Assembly: GCF_000250635.1 (NCBI RefSeq)
Contig: NC_016940.1
Coordinates: 1,352,995 to 1,416,994, forward strand
Length of the DNA stretch: 64,000 nt
Direction of reading: 5' to 3'
DNA from: Saprospira grandis str. Lewin
GTDB lineage: Bacteria; Bacteroidota; Bacteroidia; Chitinophagales; Saprospiraceae
Below are positions 29,301-38,490 of the stretch, one piece after another. A program made the position numbers and the translations under genes. The notes under the pieces were generated by a model, which was given only the letters and a program-made list of their open reading frames with translations, was not told the origin of the DNA and did not search any database. Every line of letters starts with the position of its first letter. The first letter of the stretch is position 1.

Positions 29301-29778
29301 CTTTATTCCCAGTCAATCGGATTATCAGGGCAACAGCAAAACCAATGAAGAGGAAGCCATTCGGGTGGGCGAGCTGGTCCATGCTTTTCGGAACTTATAC
29401 GAGCAGCAGGGTGGCGGTTTTGCGCCAGAGGACCTTGGCATCATCACGCCTTTTCGGGCGCAGATTGCCCAGATTCGCCATGTTTTGGCCCAATATAATA
29501 TGGGTTATGAGCAGTGCAGCATTGATACGGTGGAGCGTTATCAGGGGGGCGCGCGCAAAATCATTCTCTTGTCTTTGGCCATCAATATGAGTCATCAATT
29601 GCCGGCCATTGTCTCTCTTTCCGATGATGAGCAGGTAGACCGCAAGCTCAATGTGGCCCTTACTCGGGCTCGGCAGCAGCTGGTGGTTTTGGGCAATCCC
29701 AAGCTACTGGCCAATGATCCTCGTTATGCGGCCCTAATGGCCTGGATTAAGGAGCGGGGCGGCTACTTTACCCCTTAG
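26395..29778 (+). CDS. Dna2/Bad-like nuclease-helicase: N-terminal RecB/Cas4-like PD-(D/E)xK nuclease plus C-terminal Upf1-like SF1B helicase
   Basis: Nuclease motifs D…ELK…QTLLY (RLDLWQ…LIVELKSGK…YVQTLLYGLL). Helicase motifs LLVGPPGTGKTK (Walker A), IIDEASQ (motif II), LIGDHKQLPAVV, ITPFRAQ, VERYQGG and NVALTRAR. Confidence 0.8.
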   Translation: MQKKATEAQFFFSQLLKLQQVDQPLGAKYQALDALLVQLFLQLTEKERLHFSDRSARIAFLSHKEDLSRSVQWRIYQIIKRAKWIRRKELEPTAGQYASALKTVAFAIAALCHVPLPEELRAYLPSDEEEEQEDRNPFPIKEGIIEELKVVVLQIDAEQELIICQPYGEGYTDQLRLRYNVPEINAQFNSTIELMQDHFPAGAILQLLQVLVEESGILLPKRIILEPDYLVDVTSIAECFQPQGASPYLFLLKKFSAYENSLPLMLGNIANRFLDLLSKNPKLSFQEEFKKLFSLNPLGFADFKDTDIRKTYHEAKNHFINLQHIILNEFPKQGIERERILLEPSFYSALYGIQGRLDLWQPPVEGDDKALIVELKSGKTFMPNKYNLNHNHYVQTLLYGLLTKSVYPSYKSLAHILYSKLQEKPLRLAPSTQFKEDEALALRNQMVMIERQLAQLDQKSLEEYGLLHQLGPAIMPKASGYTARGLEEFEACFSKLSELERRYFIAFCSFIAKEQILAKTGVEGNERANGQAGLWLSERADKDEHFELLAGLELLENNSEQDPPILRFKRTENTNPLANFRQGDIAILYPEMGQDDNVLKHQIFKGSISQINAEELCFKLYSPQCSGSVFEAAKSWSLEHDMLDKGFTVQYQSLFKFMNFHPAKRQLLLGQRAPQKSSAPQNRSFMQPYLGEDQKRILNKALDAQDYFLLVGPPGTGKTKFMLAQMVEYLHRNSQENILLLAYTNRAVDEICEAIEEVGIHDYLRMGSRYSCDPRFEHRMFSVQTEALASRKDLRATIDKHRVFVSTVSSMLNRPLLLKLKQFNTVIIDEASQILEPMLLGLLPHFQRFVLIGDHKQLPAVVLQDKEQSAVKDELLQSIGLRNRRNSLFERLFEQAQKEGWTHCYDQLQHQGRMHAEIARFPSQFFYDNKLLELPEDNPIGDWQQQPLPFRPMPQASALEQLLAQHRLLFIPSQSDYQGNSKTNEEEAIRVGELVHAFRNLYEQQGGGFAPEDLGIITPFRAQIAQIRHVLAQYNMGYEQCSIDTVERYQGGARKIILLSLAINMSHQLPAIVSLSDDEQVDRKLNVALTRARQQLVVLGNPKLLANDPRYAALMAWIKERGGYFTP

Positions 29779-29833
29779 TTTTCTCCTTTCTGATCTTAAT
29801 TTATCCCGCTAGTCATCATGACTAGGGGGATAT

Positions 29834-29987
29834 TTTTTTGGGGCCTGCCGCCTTTGGCGGCCGGGCCCTTGCAGGGCTCGCAGGTCTGCTCGGCCCTGCG
29901 TCGCCTTCGGCTCCTTGGTCTGGCCTGCGGCCACCCTTTCAGGCCCCTAGGCCGTTTGGCCTTCGGCCATGGGGCGGCGAAGCCGCC
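29834..29987 (+). repeat. GC-rich interspersed element, hybrid subtype (TTTTGGGGCCTGCCGCC… with an A1-like GGTCTGGCCTGCGGCCACC 3' part)
   Basis: Shares its architecture with the copy at 62963. Confidence 0.8.
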
Positions 29988-30106
29988 TGTTTAAATAGTC
30001 TCATGGGCTGTTTAGAGCCATGGGCTGAAGCCCTTGTTTGCTGAGGGGGCGGGACTGCTCAGGATTTTGTGTATCCGAATAAAATTTGGGCTTTTAGCTT
30101 GTTAGG

Positions 30107-30183
30107 ATTTGGCCAATAGTCGCCTAGGGACAAGCCCCTAGGCTAGCTTTTTCAGACAGCCCTCTAAAGAGGGCCTTTGGATG
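30107..30183. mobile_element. solo terminal fragment of family B MITE-like element
   Basis: GCCAATAGTCGCCTAGGGACAAGCCCCTAGGCTAGCTTTTTCAGACAGCCCTCT…GAGGGCC matches the right arm of 21451..21627. Confidence 0.6.
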
Positions 30184-30252
30184 AGATTCAGCTCTGCTAT
30201 AACGACTGGTCAAGGACCTGTATATCAACCTTTGGGGCTAAGCAGTTTACTT

Positions 30253-30563
30253 CCAGACCGAACTAGTTCACCGCCAGACCGAACTAGTTTACCTCCAGAC
30301 CGAACTAGTTCACTTCCAGACCGAACTAGTTCACCGCCAGACCGAACTAGTTTACCTCCAGACCGAACTAGTTCACTTCCAGACCGAACTAGTTCACTTC
30401 CAGACCGAACTAGTTCACCGCCAGACCGAACTAGTTCACCGCCAGACCGAACTAGTTTACCTCCAGACCGAACTAGTTTACCTCCAGACCGAACTAGTTT
30501 ACTTCCAGACCTAACTAGTTCACTTCCAGACATAACTAGTTCACTTCCAGACATAACTTTTGC
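30253..30563. repeat. tandem array, 21-bp unit x~15 (CCAGACCGAACTAGTTCACyk), each unit carrying the 10-bp perfect palindrome GAACTAGTTC
   Basis: Three unit variants differ only in the last 5 nt. The last 3 units degenerate (CTAACTAG, ATAACTAG). The array is open in several frames, giving a spurious PDRTSS-repeat ORF. Confidence 0.9.
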
Positions 30564-30636
30564 CTTTTTTCATTTTGTTGCGTTTTTTTTAGTTTTTAAC
30601 AAATCTCTAACAATTCAGTATAAAAAAAGGGGGATG

Positions 30637-30756
30637 AGCGGCCTAGCGATGCGGAAGGGGGCGGCGAAGCCGCAGACCAAGGCCGTCAGGCCGCAGGGCC
30701 GAGCAGCCTTGCGAGCCCTGCAGCGTAGCGCCTGCCGCAGGCAGGAGGCCCCAAAA
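30637..30756 (-). repeat. GC-rich interspersed element, subfamily A2
   Basis: GGCCTAGCGATGCGGAAGGGGGCGGCGAAGCCGCAGACCAAGGCCGTCAGGCCGCAGGGCCGAGCAGCCTTGCGAGCCC…GGAGGCCCCAAAA. Confidence 0.85.
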
Positions 30757-30813
30757 CAAAAAAGGCCAGCCCCAGAGGAGCTGACCTTCGTCAGTAATTA
30801 GTTAGCTAAGTCA

Positions 30814-33800
30814 TTAAGGCTTAACGACTTCAAAGTTCAGTTGGCTTTGCACGGCCTCGATATGAACATTAAGATAATAAGTACCTGCGGGTAGGTTTTG
30901 GATAGCATCTAGGGTAATGAGGTCGCCGGGGCGGACCGTTTGGCTGCTGCTAAAGACTTGGCGGCCGAGTACATCTAGGAGTTTGAAATTCACTTGGCTC
31001 GTTGTTTTGAGCTGGCTAAAGCGGATATTTACAAAATCGCTAGCGGGGTTCGGGAAGACCGTCACATCTAGTTCTGAGCTATTATTGACGGCACGGACCT
31101 CAGCGTACTCAAAGTCTCCGTTAAAGTCGACTTGTCGCAGGCGGTAGTAAGTTGTATTCTCGTAGCTATTATAGTCGGTATAGCTATAGTAGTTGGCGGT
31201 TGAGCTATTGCCTTGACCTTGGACAAAATCGATTTGGCTAAAGTCGGTTTCATAGTCAAACATGCGTTCTACCTCAAAGCCGCGGTTATCTCTTTCTGTT
31301 TCGCTGGCCCAAGAGAGGAGCACTTCAGAAGAAGACTGGCGTTCGGCATCGAAGAAGAGCCATTCGATGGGGAAATCGACATAAGTATTGGCATCGCGCC
31401 AGTCATTATCGTCGAGTCCGTCATTGTTGGGAGTTGGAGCGGTAGTACCGAGGGCGCTACCATTCACATTATCGTCAAAAATATCGGCGAGACCATCATT
31501 ATCGGCATCGATCCAGAAAGGAGAGTTAGGATCGAGGAAAGGAGGTGTTTGGTTATTGGTATAGCCATCTCCGTTGAGGTTATCTAGCCAATCGGGTAGG
31601 CCATCGCCATCGCTATCGGTATTGGGATAGTGAGCGGGGTTACCGCCGTTGGCGACATAGGCTGTGGCCATTTGGATAATTTCGTCGGCGGCATTGCCAT
31701 CGCCAGCGGTGGCGGTACCGAAGCCATTATCAAAGCCTTCGGCCCAGTCGAAGCCGCTATCATTATCAGAGTCGAGATCTAGATAATCTGCGGGAGCGGT
31801 GCCATCATTATTATCCTCATTGGGCGTAGCGCCGATATTTGCGCCTGCTGCTTGGTTGGCAGCATCTAGGCCTTCGTAGATATCGAGTACACCGTTTCCA
31901 TTAGCATCGGCGCCAGAAGGCGTCATGCCGAAGGTGGGGCAAGTTGAGCAAACGGCTTCTAGATAATCTGGGATACCGTCATTATCGGCATCGATATCAT
32001 AGAGGTCGGCAATACCGTCGCCATCTGTATCTAGGAGGTTAATGGTTCCATTTTGGAGGTCAGACCAGCCGTCGTTATTAGCGTCGGTAATGGGACCATC
32101 TTCAATTTGGCCATCGAGGGTACCGTTGGCGGGAGAATCGGTATTAGCGGCTCCGGTTACTGCTCCTGCTGCGGCTTCTACTACATCGGTAACTCCATCA
32201 TTATCGCTATCGAGATCGAGGAAGTTAGGTGTAGCGTCGGCATCTGCATTAGCATTTGGATAGCTATCTGGAGTGCCATCATTGTTATTGTCGGCGCCAG
32301 TCAAAATGAGTACGGCAGCGCTATTATCGGCAGTACCATCATTATTGGGGTCACCGTCTACGGCATCGGCAAAGCCATCGCCATCGGCATCAGTAAAGAC
32401 ATCTACTTGGCCGTCTCCATCGGCATCCGTTCCATAGGCTTCTAGAATATCTTGGACTCCATCGTTATCGCTATCGAGGTCATAGATATTAAGAATACCG
32501 TCGGCATCGAAATCGCCATTGGGGTAGCTATCGGGTTCGCCATCATTATTATTATCGGCTCCAGTAAGGATAAGGACTTGGGCGCTATTCTCGGCGGTAC
32601 CGTCGTTTCCGACATCGCCATCGAGGACATCATGCAGGCCGTCATTATCGGTATCGACAAAGTCGTCGGCAAAACCGTCTCCGTTGGTATCGGTTCCGCC
32701 AGCTTCTACCACATCTGCGATACCGTCATTATCGCTATCGAGATCATAGATATTAAGGACTCCATCGCTATCTGCGTCTCCGTTAGGGTAATTATCGGGG
32801 GCACCGTCATTATTGACATCATTGCCTGTAAGGATAAGAGCTTGAGCGCTGTTTTCTGCGGTGCCATCGTTTCCGACATCTCCATCGATAACATCATGCA
32901 AACCGTCGTTATCGGTATCGACAAAGTTATCGGCTAGGCCATCGCCATCGGCATCTGTTCCGCCGGCTTCTACTAGATCGGGTATACCGTCATTATCGCT
33001 ATCAAGATCGAGGTTATTCGGAATACCGTCACCATCGACATCATTGTTAAGATAACTATCGGCTAGGCCATCATTGTTATTATCGGCACCAGTAAGTTGG
33101 AGTGCATTAGCGGTATTTTCGGCGGTGCCATCGTTTCCGACATCGCCATCTACGGCATCATGAATACCATCGCCATCGGCATCGACAAAGTTATCGATTC
33201 TGCCATCGCCATCGGCATCAGTTCCGCCGGCTTCTACGGCGTCTGGAATACCGTCATTATCGCTATCGAGGTCAAATTGGTTAGGAATGCCATCGCCATC
33301 ATTATCGGCGAGGAATTCATTGCTACCGTCGGCATCGCGGTCGAGCAATACAGAAGTAGAATTAGCGGCAAGGCAGCTAGGTTGGGGGCCACAGGGGCTA
33401 GTGCCTTCTGGGCCATCGGTATCATCATTATCTACTGCATCGGGAAGGCCATCGCCATCCGAGTCCGTTAAATCATCGAGAATACCGTCTCCATTGGTAT
33501 CTACGCCACCAACTTCAACTAGGTCAGGAATACCGTCATTATCGTTATCCAGATCTAGGTGATTGGGTACGCCATCGCCGTCGAGGTCGAGGTTAGAGCA
33601 AGTCCCGTTAGCGTTGAGTCCGCCACAAGTGGGGAAATCAACATCGGCATAATTGGGTGTGCCATCGCCATCTAGGTCGCCATCGGGATCGGGGAGGCCA
33701 TTGGCACAGCTCCAGCCGTTCACGCCATCGAAGAAGGCGGCGCAATAATCGGGATCGGCATAATCGGGAGTACCGTCGCCATCATGGTCACCATTATAGG

Positions 33801-36800
33801 CTTCCACTGCATCGGGGATACCGTCATTATCTTGGTCGAGATCAGCTTTAGGATCTCTCCAATCGAGTTCGGCATTACCGGCATCTGCATCGGGATGGCT
33901 ATTGGGAGTAAGTCCTGTATTTGTAGCATCTGTGCTGCTGGTATTATTATCAAAACCATCAAGGAGGCCATCGCCATCGGCATCAACAGCCCCTCCGACA
34001 CCTGTATTAGCATTGGGGCTATCGCTAGCATCTACAAGGCCATCGCCATTTGTATCATGTCCTTCGATAAGGTCGCCTTCACCGTCATTATCGGTATCGA
34101 GGTCGAGATAATCGGGATTATCGGTAGCATCTGTATTTACGGGAGTAAGGCCAGAATTATCGCCACCGAAGAGGCCATCATTATTATCGTAAGCATCATC
34201 GATACCGTCGCCATCGGCATCGCTACCTGTGGGAGCGATATAGCTGCCTGTAGCTTGGGCTTCTGTATTATCTACGATACCATCATTATCGGCGTCAATA
34301 TCGAGGAAATTGGGATTATTATCGCCATCCTGATTAGCTGTAGTATAGCTATCGGGATAGCCATCATTATTGCCATCGGTAGTTGTAATGGGCGTAGTTC
34401 CAGCATTAGCGGCATCGCTAGTATTTGACCAACCGTTGCCATCGGCATCATTAGTAGTGGCATCATCCATTTGGCCATCGGCATTAGCGTCAGAGGCGGC
34501 TAGGCCAGCTTCAACGATATCGAGGATACCGTCATTATCGCTATCGAGGTCATAGAGGTTGAGTACGCCGTCGCCATCGAAGTCGCCTTCATTGTAGTTA
34601 TCTGGGCGGCCATCGCTTCCAGCATCGGGACCGGTAGCAATCAATGGGTTAGTGCCTGCGTCGCCAGCTACGCTATCATTATTGGCATCTGAGTCATATT
34701 GGTTAGAGAAACCGTCATTATCAGTATCTGTAAAGTTATCTACTTGGCCGTTGCCATCTACATCAGCTCCTCCAGCCTCTACTAAATCAGGAATACCATC
34801 ATTATCTGAGTCTAGATCATAAGCGTTGAGGTAATTATCGCCATCGGCATCGGCTGTAGGATAACTATCGGGATGGCCATCATTATTGCCATCGGGGCCA
34901 GTAACTACCAGGGCGCCGGCTGTATTTTCGGCGGTACCATCGTTTCCGACATCGCCATCTACAGCATCATAAAAGCCATCATTGTCCGTATCGCTAAAGC
35001 CATCAATAACGCCATCGCCGTCGGCATCTACGCCACCAGCTTCTACCACATCAGGGATACCATCATTATCGGCATCTAGGTCTAGATGATTGAGCAGGCC
35101 ATCACCATCGGCGTCGGCATTGGGGTAGCTATCGGGAGCGCCATCATTATCATTATCGGCTCCAGTAAGGACAAGGGCATTATTAAAGTTATCGGCAATA
35201 CCGTCATTATCGGGATCTCCATCAATAGGATCATGGAAACCATCGCCATCGGCATCGGCAAAAGCATCGACTTGGCCATCGCCATCGGTGTCTGTTCCGC
35301 CAGCTTCTACCAAATCGGGAATACCATCATTATCGGCATCTAGGTCATAAACATCTAGGATACCGTCGCCATCAAAGTCTCCTTGAGGAAAATCATCGGG
35401 TTGGCCGTCGTTATTGCCATCGGCACCTGTAGGTTGAAGGGCTTGAGCTAGGTTTTCTGCGGTGCCATCATTACCTACATCACCATCAACAACATCATTG
35501 AATCCGTCTCGGTCTGTATCTACATAATTGTCCGAAATACCATCGCCATCAGTATCTGTTCCCCCTGCTTCGACAACATCGGGAATACCATCATTATCAG
35601 CATCTAAATCCAAATAATTAGGAACACCATCATTGTCGGTATCTAGGTTGGCGATAGGAGTGCCAGCAGGCAGGCCTAAAGTATACTCCAAAGACACAGA
35701 TTGTACACAAGAAGAAATTGTATTTCCTCCACAAGTTGTATTTACGTTATTATTTGCATCCAAAGTCAACTGAATAGTCCCATCATCATTCCAACTATTC
35801 CATAAAGCAACTGGAATAGTAAATGCAAAATTCATATACGGGGTTACACAGTCAGCATAAGCAGGATTATCAGAATTAGAGCGATCTATAGTTAGTAATA
35901 CATTGCCCAATTCATCTAGAAGTGAAATCTCTTCTCCTGCGTTACCATAGTCTCCAGCCAAGGAAAATCGCCAAACAGCATTCGTAGTAATATCAACGGT
36001 TGATACAGTAAAATTCATTACATGATTAGGACCATTTCCCCCCAAACATTCATCAGGAGAAGTCGCAACCTCATTGGTAACAAGTAAATCATCATAAGCA
36101 TCCGCCAGACCATCGGCATCAGCATCTACAAAAGTATCTACTCGGCCATCGCCATCAGTGTCTACTCCTCCAGCTTCCACTATGTCAGGAATACCATCAC
36201 CATCGGCATCAAGATCATAGGCATTGATAATACCATCGCCATCAGCATCATAAAAATCGCTAACGCCATCAAAATCGGCATCTACAAAGTTTACATCATC
36301 GGGGTCGAGATAGTTGGGGATACCATCACCATCAGTATCATCTTCAGGATCTAAACCATTATGTTCTAAAAGGTCTGGAATACCATCATTATCATCATCA
36401 GTATCTACAGCATCGGCGATACCATCACCATCAGCATCACAATCAGGTGTACTTCTAGTAAAGGGAGCAGATGAAACATCGTAAGACCAGAACCAAGTAA
36501 CAATAGTTCGGGCATTACCATAGTCATCGCAAAGGTCTGCAGGAGTTGCTGAGCCAGCTCCTGCTGTAGGGGCAGGAGAGGCAAAGGTAGCTGCTCCATC
36601 CCAAGCATGTGTTGGGCCTAAGAAGCCCTCCAACATATTTGTTGAAGCCACACCAGTGGCTGTACTGTTGTGATTACCTACATCAGAACAGTCTCCGATA
36701 GGGTTTAAGTTAGTATCATCCCAATAAAGTTTTCTATTTCCTAAAGCTGGAAAAAAAGCATTTACAGAAAATCCACTAGAGTTTAGCTCGGCATCATGCA

Positions 36801-37974
36801 TAGGAATAGCTGTTCGCCCTCGAAAAAGAGTAGCCGTAATTTCAAAGCTAGTGGCTCCAGAAACAGGGTTTCCTTGGCCATCTAGACCATCCCAGTTTAG
36901 TACGTGATTACCTGCGGCTAAATCATAAGCCTCAAGAACTCTATCTGCCGTTCCTGACTGATAGCCTGCAACACCATTTAAATCTAAAAGAAGTGCCGCA
37001 TCTCCTGGATCAGGTAAAAACAAAGGGATATAGTATGCACCTGGACAACCATATACATTGGCTGGAATAGCTGGGGCAGCTGAAGGAGGTACTACACGAA
37101 AAATGCTTGTATCAGGCACTGCCAAAAAAACCTCATAGCCATCAGCAAATGCAGGGGAGTTTTGTCCCGAATAAACTGAAGCCCGATCATTGACAAAATC
37201 TCCATTATCAACAACTCCATACTTGTTCATCGCCAATACATATCCCAAAGGGCGAAAGCCAGTTTGAAAATTCATCCGAACAACAGAGCTATCTGAAGTA
37301 TACGCATAATAATCTCCTTCAAAAGAAAAGTTAATAGAAGGCGTAAAGTCTGGACTTGCAGGGTCATATGTAATAAATGACCAGCGCTGACAGTGTAAAC
37401 GTCCCTCTAAGAAAGTATTGGTCCCATTCTCTGCTACTGTAATATCAAAGTAGGGAAAAAAGATTTCGCCGTTGGCAGAGGCATCTGCTGTAGCTCCACC
37501 ATCTGTACTTTGAAATAGCTCAATACGATAATCCCCGTTTTGAGTGGGGGTAAATGTAAGCGGAGTATAGCCAGCAGGATTTGTTCCTCCAATATTTGGC
37601 CCTGCTACTGCTTCATTATAGGTATTGATGAAGCCAGCTCCTGCTGTTTGTAATAAAAAGGCTGGAACGACTACAGTACCTAAGGGGTCGATAACTCGAA
37701 TATAGACATTATTAGGTCTGCTCACTGCAGGAAGCCGCTCGTACATATTAAAGCCCAAATAAATTGTCTCCGTACTAAAGTCAGAAATAGAGACCTTTAA
37801 GCCATTGTTTACCCCAGAGTTGAGGTAAGAGCCATTTCCCAAGGACTGCCGAATCCAGAGGGCCGTTCCATTGGTACTGTTAGGCATTACCTGGGCTGTC
37901 CCTTCTGCTCTTAACTGGGCAGAAAAGAACAAAAGCAATGCACTTAAAATTAAGTGATAGTAAATTCTTTTCAT
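30814..37974 (-). CDS. giant (2386 aa) secreted protein with dozens of thrombospondin type-3 (calcium-binding DxDxDGxxDxxD) repeats and a T9SS C-terminal sorting domain
   Basis: Signal peptide [24 protein letters not shown] ~100-aa module ([25 protein letters not shown]…[12 protein letters not shown]…[10 protein letters not shown]) is repeated more than 10 times. C-terminal [14 protein letters not shown]…LDVLGRQV is CTD-like. Confidence 0.85.
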   Translation of the reverse strand: MKRIYYHLILSALLLFFSAQLRAEGTAQVMPNSTNGTALWIRQSLGNGSYLNSGVNNGLKVSISDFSTETIYLGFNMYERLPAVSRPNNVYIRVIDPLGTVVVPAFLLQTAGAGFINTYNEAVAGPNIGGTNPAGYTPLTFTPTQNGDYRIELFQSTDGGATADASANGEIFFPYFDITVAENGTNTFLEGRLHCQRWSFITYDPASPDFTPSINFSFEGDYYAYTSDSSVVRMNFQTGFRPLGYVLAMNKYGVVDNGDFVNDRASVYSGQNSPAFADGYEVFLAVPDTSIFRVVPPSAAPAIPANVYGCPGAYYIPLFLPDPGDAALLLDLNGVAGYQSGTADRVLEAYDLAAGNHVLNWDGLDGQGNPVSGATSFEITATLFRGRTAIPMHDAELNSSGFSVNAFFPALGNRKLYWDDTNLNPIGDCSDVGNHNSTATGVASTNMLEGFLGPTHAWDGAATFASPAPTAGAGSATPADLCDDYGNARTIVTWFWSYDVSSAPFTRSTPDCDADGDGIADAVDTDDDNDGIPDLLEHNGLDPEDDTDGDGIPNYLDPDDVNFVDADFDGVSDFYDADGDGIINAYDLDADGDGIPDIVEAGGVDTDGDGRVDTFVDADADGLADAYDDLLVTNEVATSPDECLGGNGPNHVMNFTVSTVDITTNAVWRFSLAGDYGNAGEEISLLDELGNVLLTIDRSNSDNPAYADCVTPYMNFAFTIPVALWNSWNDDGTIQLTLDANNNVNTTCGGNTISSCVQSVSLEYTLGLPAGTPIANLDTDNDGVPNYLDLDADNDGIPDVVEAGGTDTDGDGISDNYVDTDRDGFNDVVDGDVGNDGTAENLAQALQPTGADGNNDGQPDDFPQGDFDGDGILDVYDLDADNDGIPDLVEAGGTDTDGDGQVDAFADADGDGFHDPIDGDPDNDGIADNFNNALVLTGADNDNDGAPDSYPNADADGDGLLNHLDLDADNDGIPDVVEAGGVDADGDGVIDGFSDTDNDGFYDAVDGDVGNDGTAENTAGALVVTGPDGNNDGHPDSYPTADADGDNYLNAYDLDSDNDGIPDLVEAGGADVDGNGQVDNFTDTDNDGFSNQYDSDANNDSVAGDAGTNPLIATGPDAGSDGRPDNYNEGDFDGDGVLNLYDLDSDNDGILDIVEAGLAASDANADGQMDDATTNDADGNGWSNTSDAANAGTTPITTTDGNNDGYPDSYTTANQDGDNNPNFLDIDADNDGIVDNTEAQATGSYIAPTGSDADGDGIDDAYDNNDGLFGGDNSGLTPVNTDATDNPDYLDLDTDNDGEGDLIEGHDTNGDGLVDASDSPNANTGVGGAVDADGDGLLDGFDNNTSSTDATNTGLTPNSHPDADAGNAELDWRDPKADLDQDNDGIPDAVEAYNGDHDGDGTPDYADPDYCAAFFDGVNGWSCANGLPDPDGDLDGDGTPNYADVDFPTCGGLNANGTCSNLDLDGDGVPNHLDLDNDNDGIPDLVEVGGVDTNGDGILDDLTDSDGDGLPDAVDNDDTDGPEGTSPCGPQPSCLAANSTSVLLDRDADGSNEFLADNDGDGIPNQFDLDSDNDGIPDAVEAGGTDADGDGRIDNFVDADGDGIHDAVDGDVGNDGTAENTANALQLTGADNNNDGLADSYLNNDVDGDGIPNNLDLDSDNDGIPDLVEAGGTDADGDGLADNFVDTDNDGLHDVIDGDVGNDGTAENSAQALILTGNDVNNDGAPDNYPNGDADSDGVLNIYDLDSDNDGIADVVEAGGTDTNGDGFADDFVDTDNDGLHDVLDGDVGNDGTAENSAQVLILTGADNNNDGEPDSYPNGDFDADGILNIYDLDSDNDGVQDILEAYGTDADGDGQVDVFTDADGDGFADAVDGDPNNDGTADNSAAVLILTGADNNNDGTPDSYPNANADADATPNFLDLDSDNDGVTDVVEAAAGAVTGAANTDSPANGTLDGQIEDGPITDANNDGWSDLQNGTINLLDTDGDGIADLYDIDADNDGIPDYLEAVCSTCPTFGMTPSGADANGNGVLDIYEGLDAANQAAGANIGATPNEDNNDGTAPADYLDLDSDNDSGFDWAEGFDNGFGTATAGDGNAADEIIQMATAYVANGGNPAHYPNTDSDGDGLPDWLDNLNGDGYTNNQTPPFLDPNSPFWIDADNDGLADIFDDNVNGSALGTTAPTPNNDGLDDNDWRDANTYVDFPIEWLFFDAERQSSSEVLLSWASETERDNRGFEVERMFDYETDFSQIDFVQGQGNSSTANYYSYTDYNSYENTTYYRLRQVDFNGDFEYAEVRAVNNSSELDVTVFPNPASDFVNIRFSQLKTTSQVNFKLLDVLGRQVFSSSQTVRPGDLITLDAIQNLPAGTYYLNVHIEAVQSQLNFEVVKP

Positions 37975-38490
37975 ATTGGTGGTTTTGGTTTAGTAATCGA
38001 CTAGGCAATACAAATATGATACGATTAGGGCGATTTTGTGACATAATCAAAATCTAAAAAACTCATTCATTATCAATACCCTAAATTTCACTGATCAACA
38101 TATATAACATAAAATCATGAGAACAAATAATTTAAGCTGTAAAATGTGACTGAGTTTTTTATCTCTGCAGAGATCCTCTCCTTTCCAATGCGTCACTTTT
38201 TTCAAATTTTATTTTCATATATTTTTTTACCTAAATTATAATAAATATCATATTTTATCAAAACAATTTAATAAAGTCCAAAAACAAGGCTTTTCAGCTT
38301 ATACAGTCCTTTCTCCAAACTGTACAAATACTGGACAGGCCCCTCTTTTATAGTCTTCTCTGCCATTACGACTATTTTGTACCTACGGACTTCTAAGCAG
38401 AAATAAAAATCTGATAATCAGCAAAAACAAGGGGTTGGCCCGCATTATAATGCGGGCCAACCCCTAAATACGAGCTGCCTATTTTAGATC

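Noticed and set aside
30181-30801. 206-aa ORF encoding PDRTSS(L/P) heptad repeats, and the antisense 109-aa ORF at 30225..30554
   Set aside because: They are artefacts of the 21-bp palindromic tandem array being stop-free in several frames. There is no plausible start and they sit in a tail-to-tail intergenic gap.
31213-36608. Many 60-215-aa ORFs on the + strand and in other frames inside the giant adhesin gene (e.g. 32053..32445, 32452..32937, 33784..34428)
   Set aside because: These are antisense or off-frame readings of the highly repetitive GAT/GAC/GGT-rich TSP3 coding sequence. Their products are low-complexity (I/A/G-rich) and have no independent signals.
38000-38490. Possible ncRNA in the 490-bp AT-rich region upstream of the giant adhesin gene
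   Set aside because: There is no conserved structure or recognisable RNA family signature. It is most simply read as an extended promoter and 5' region for the 7.2-kb gene.
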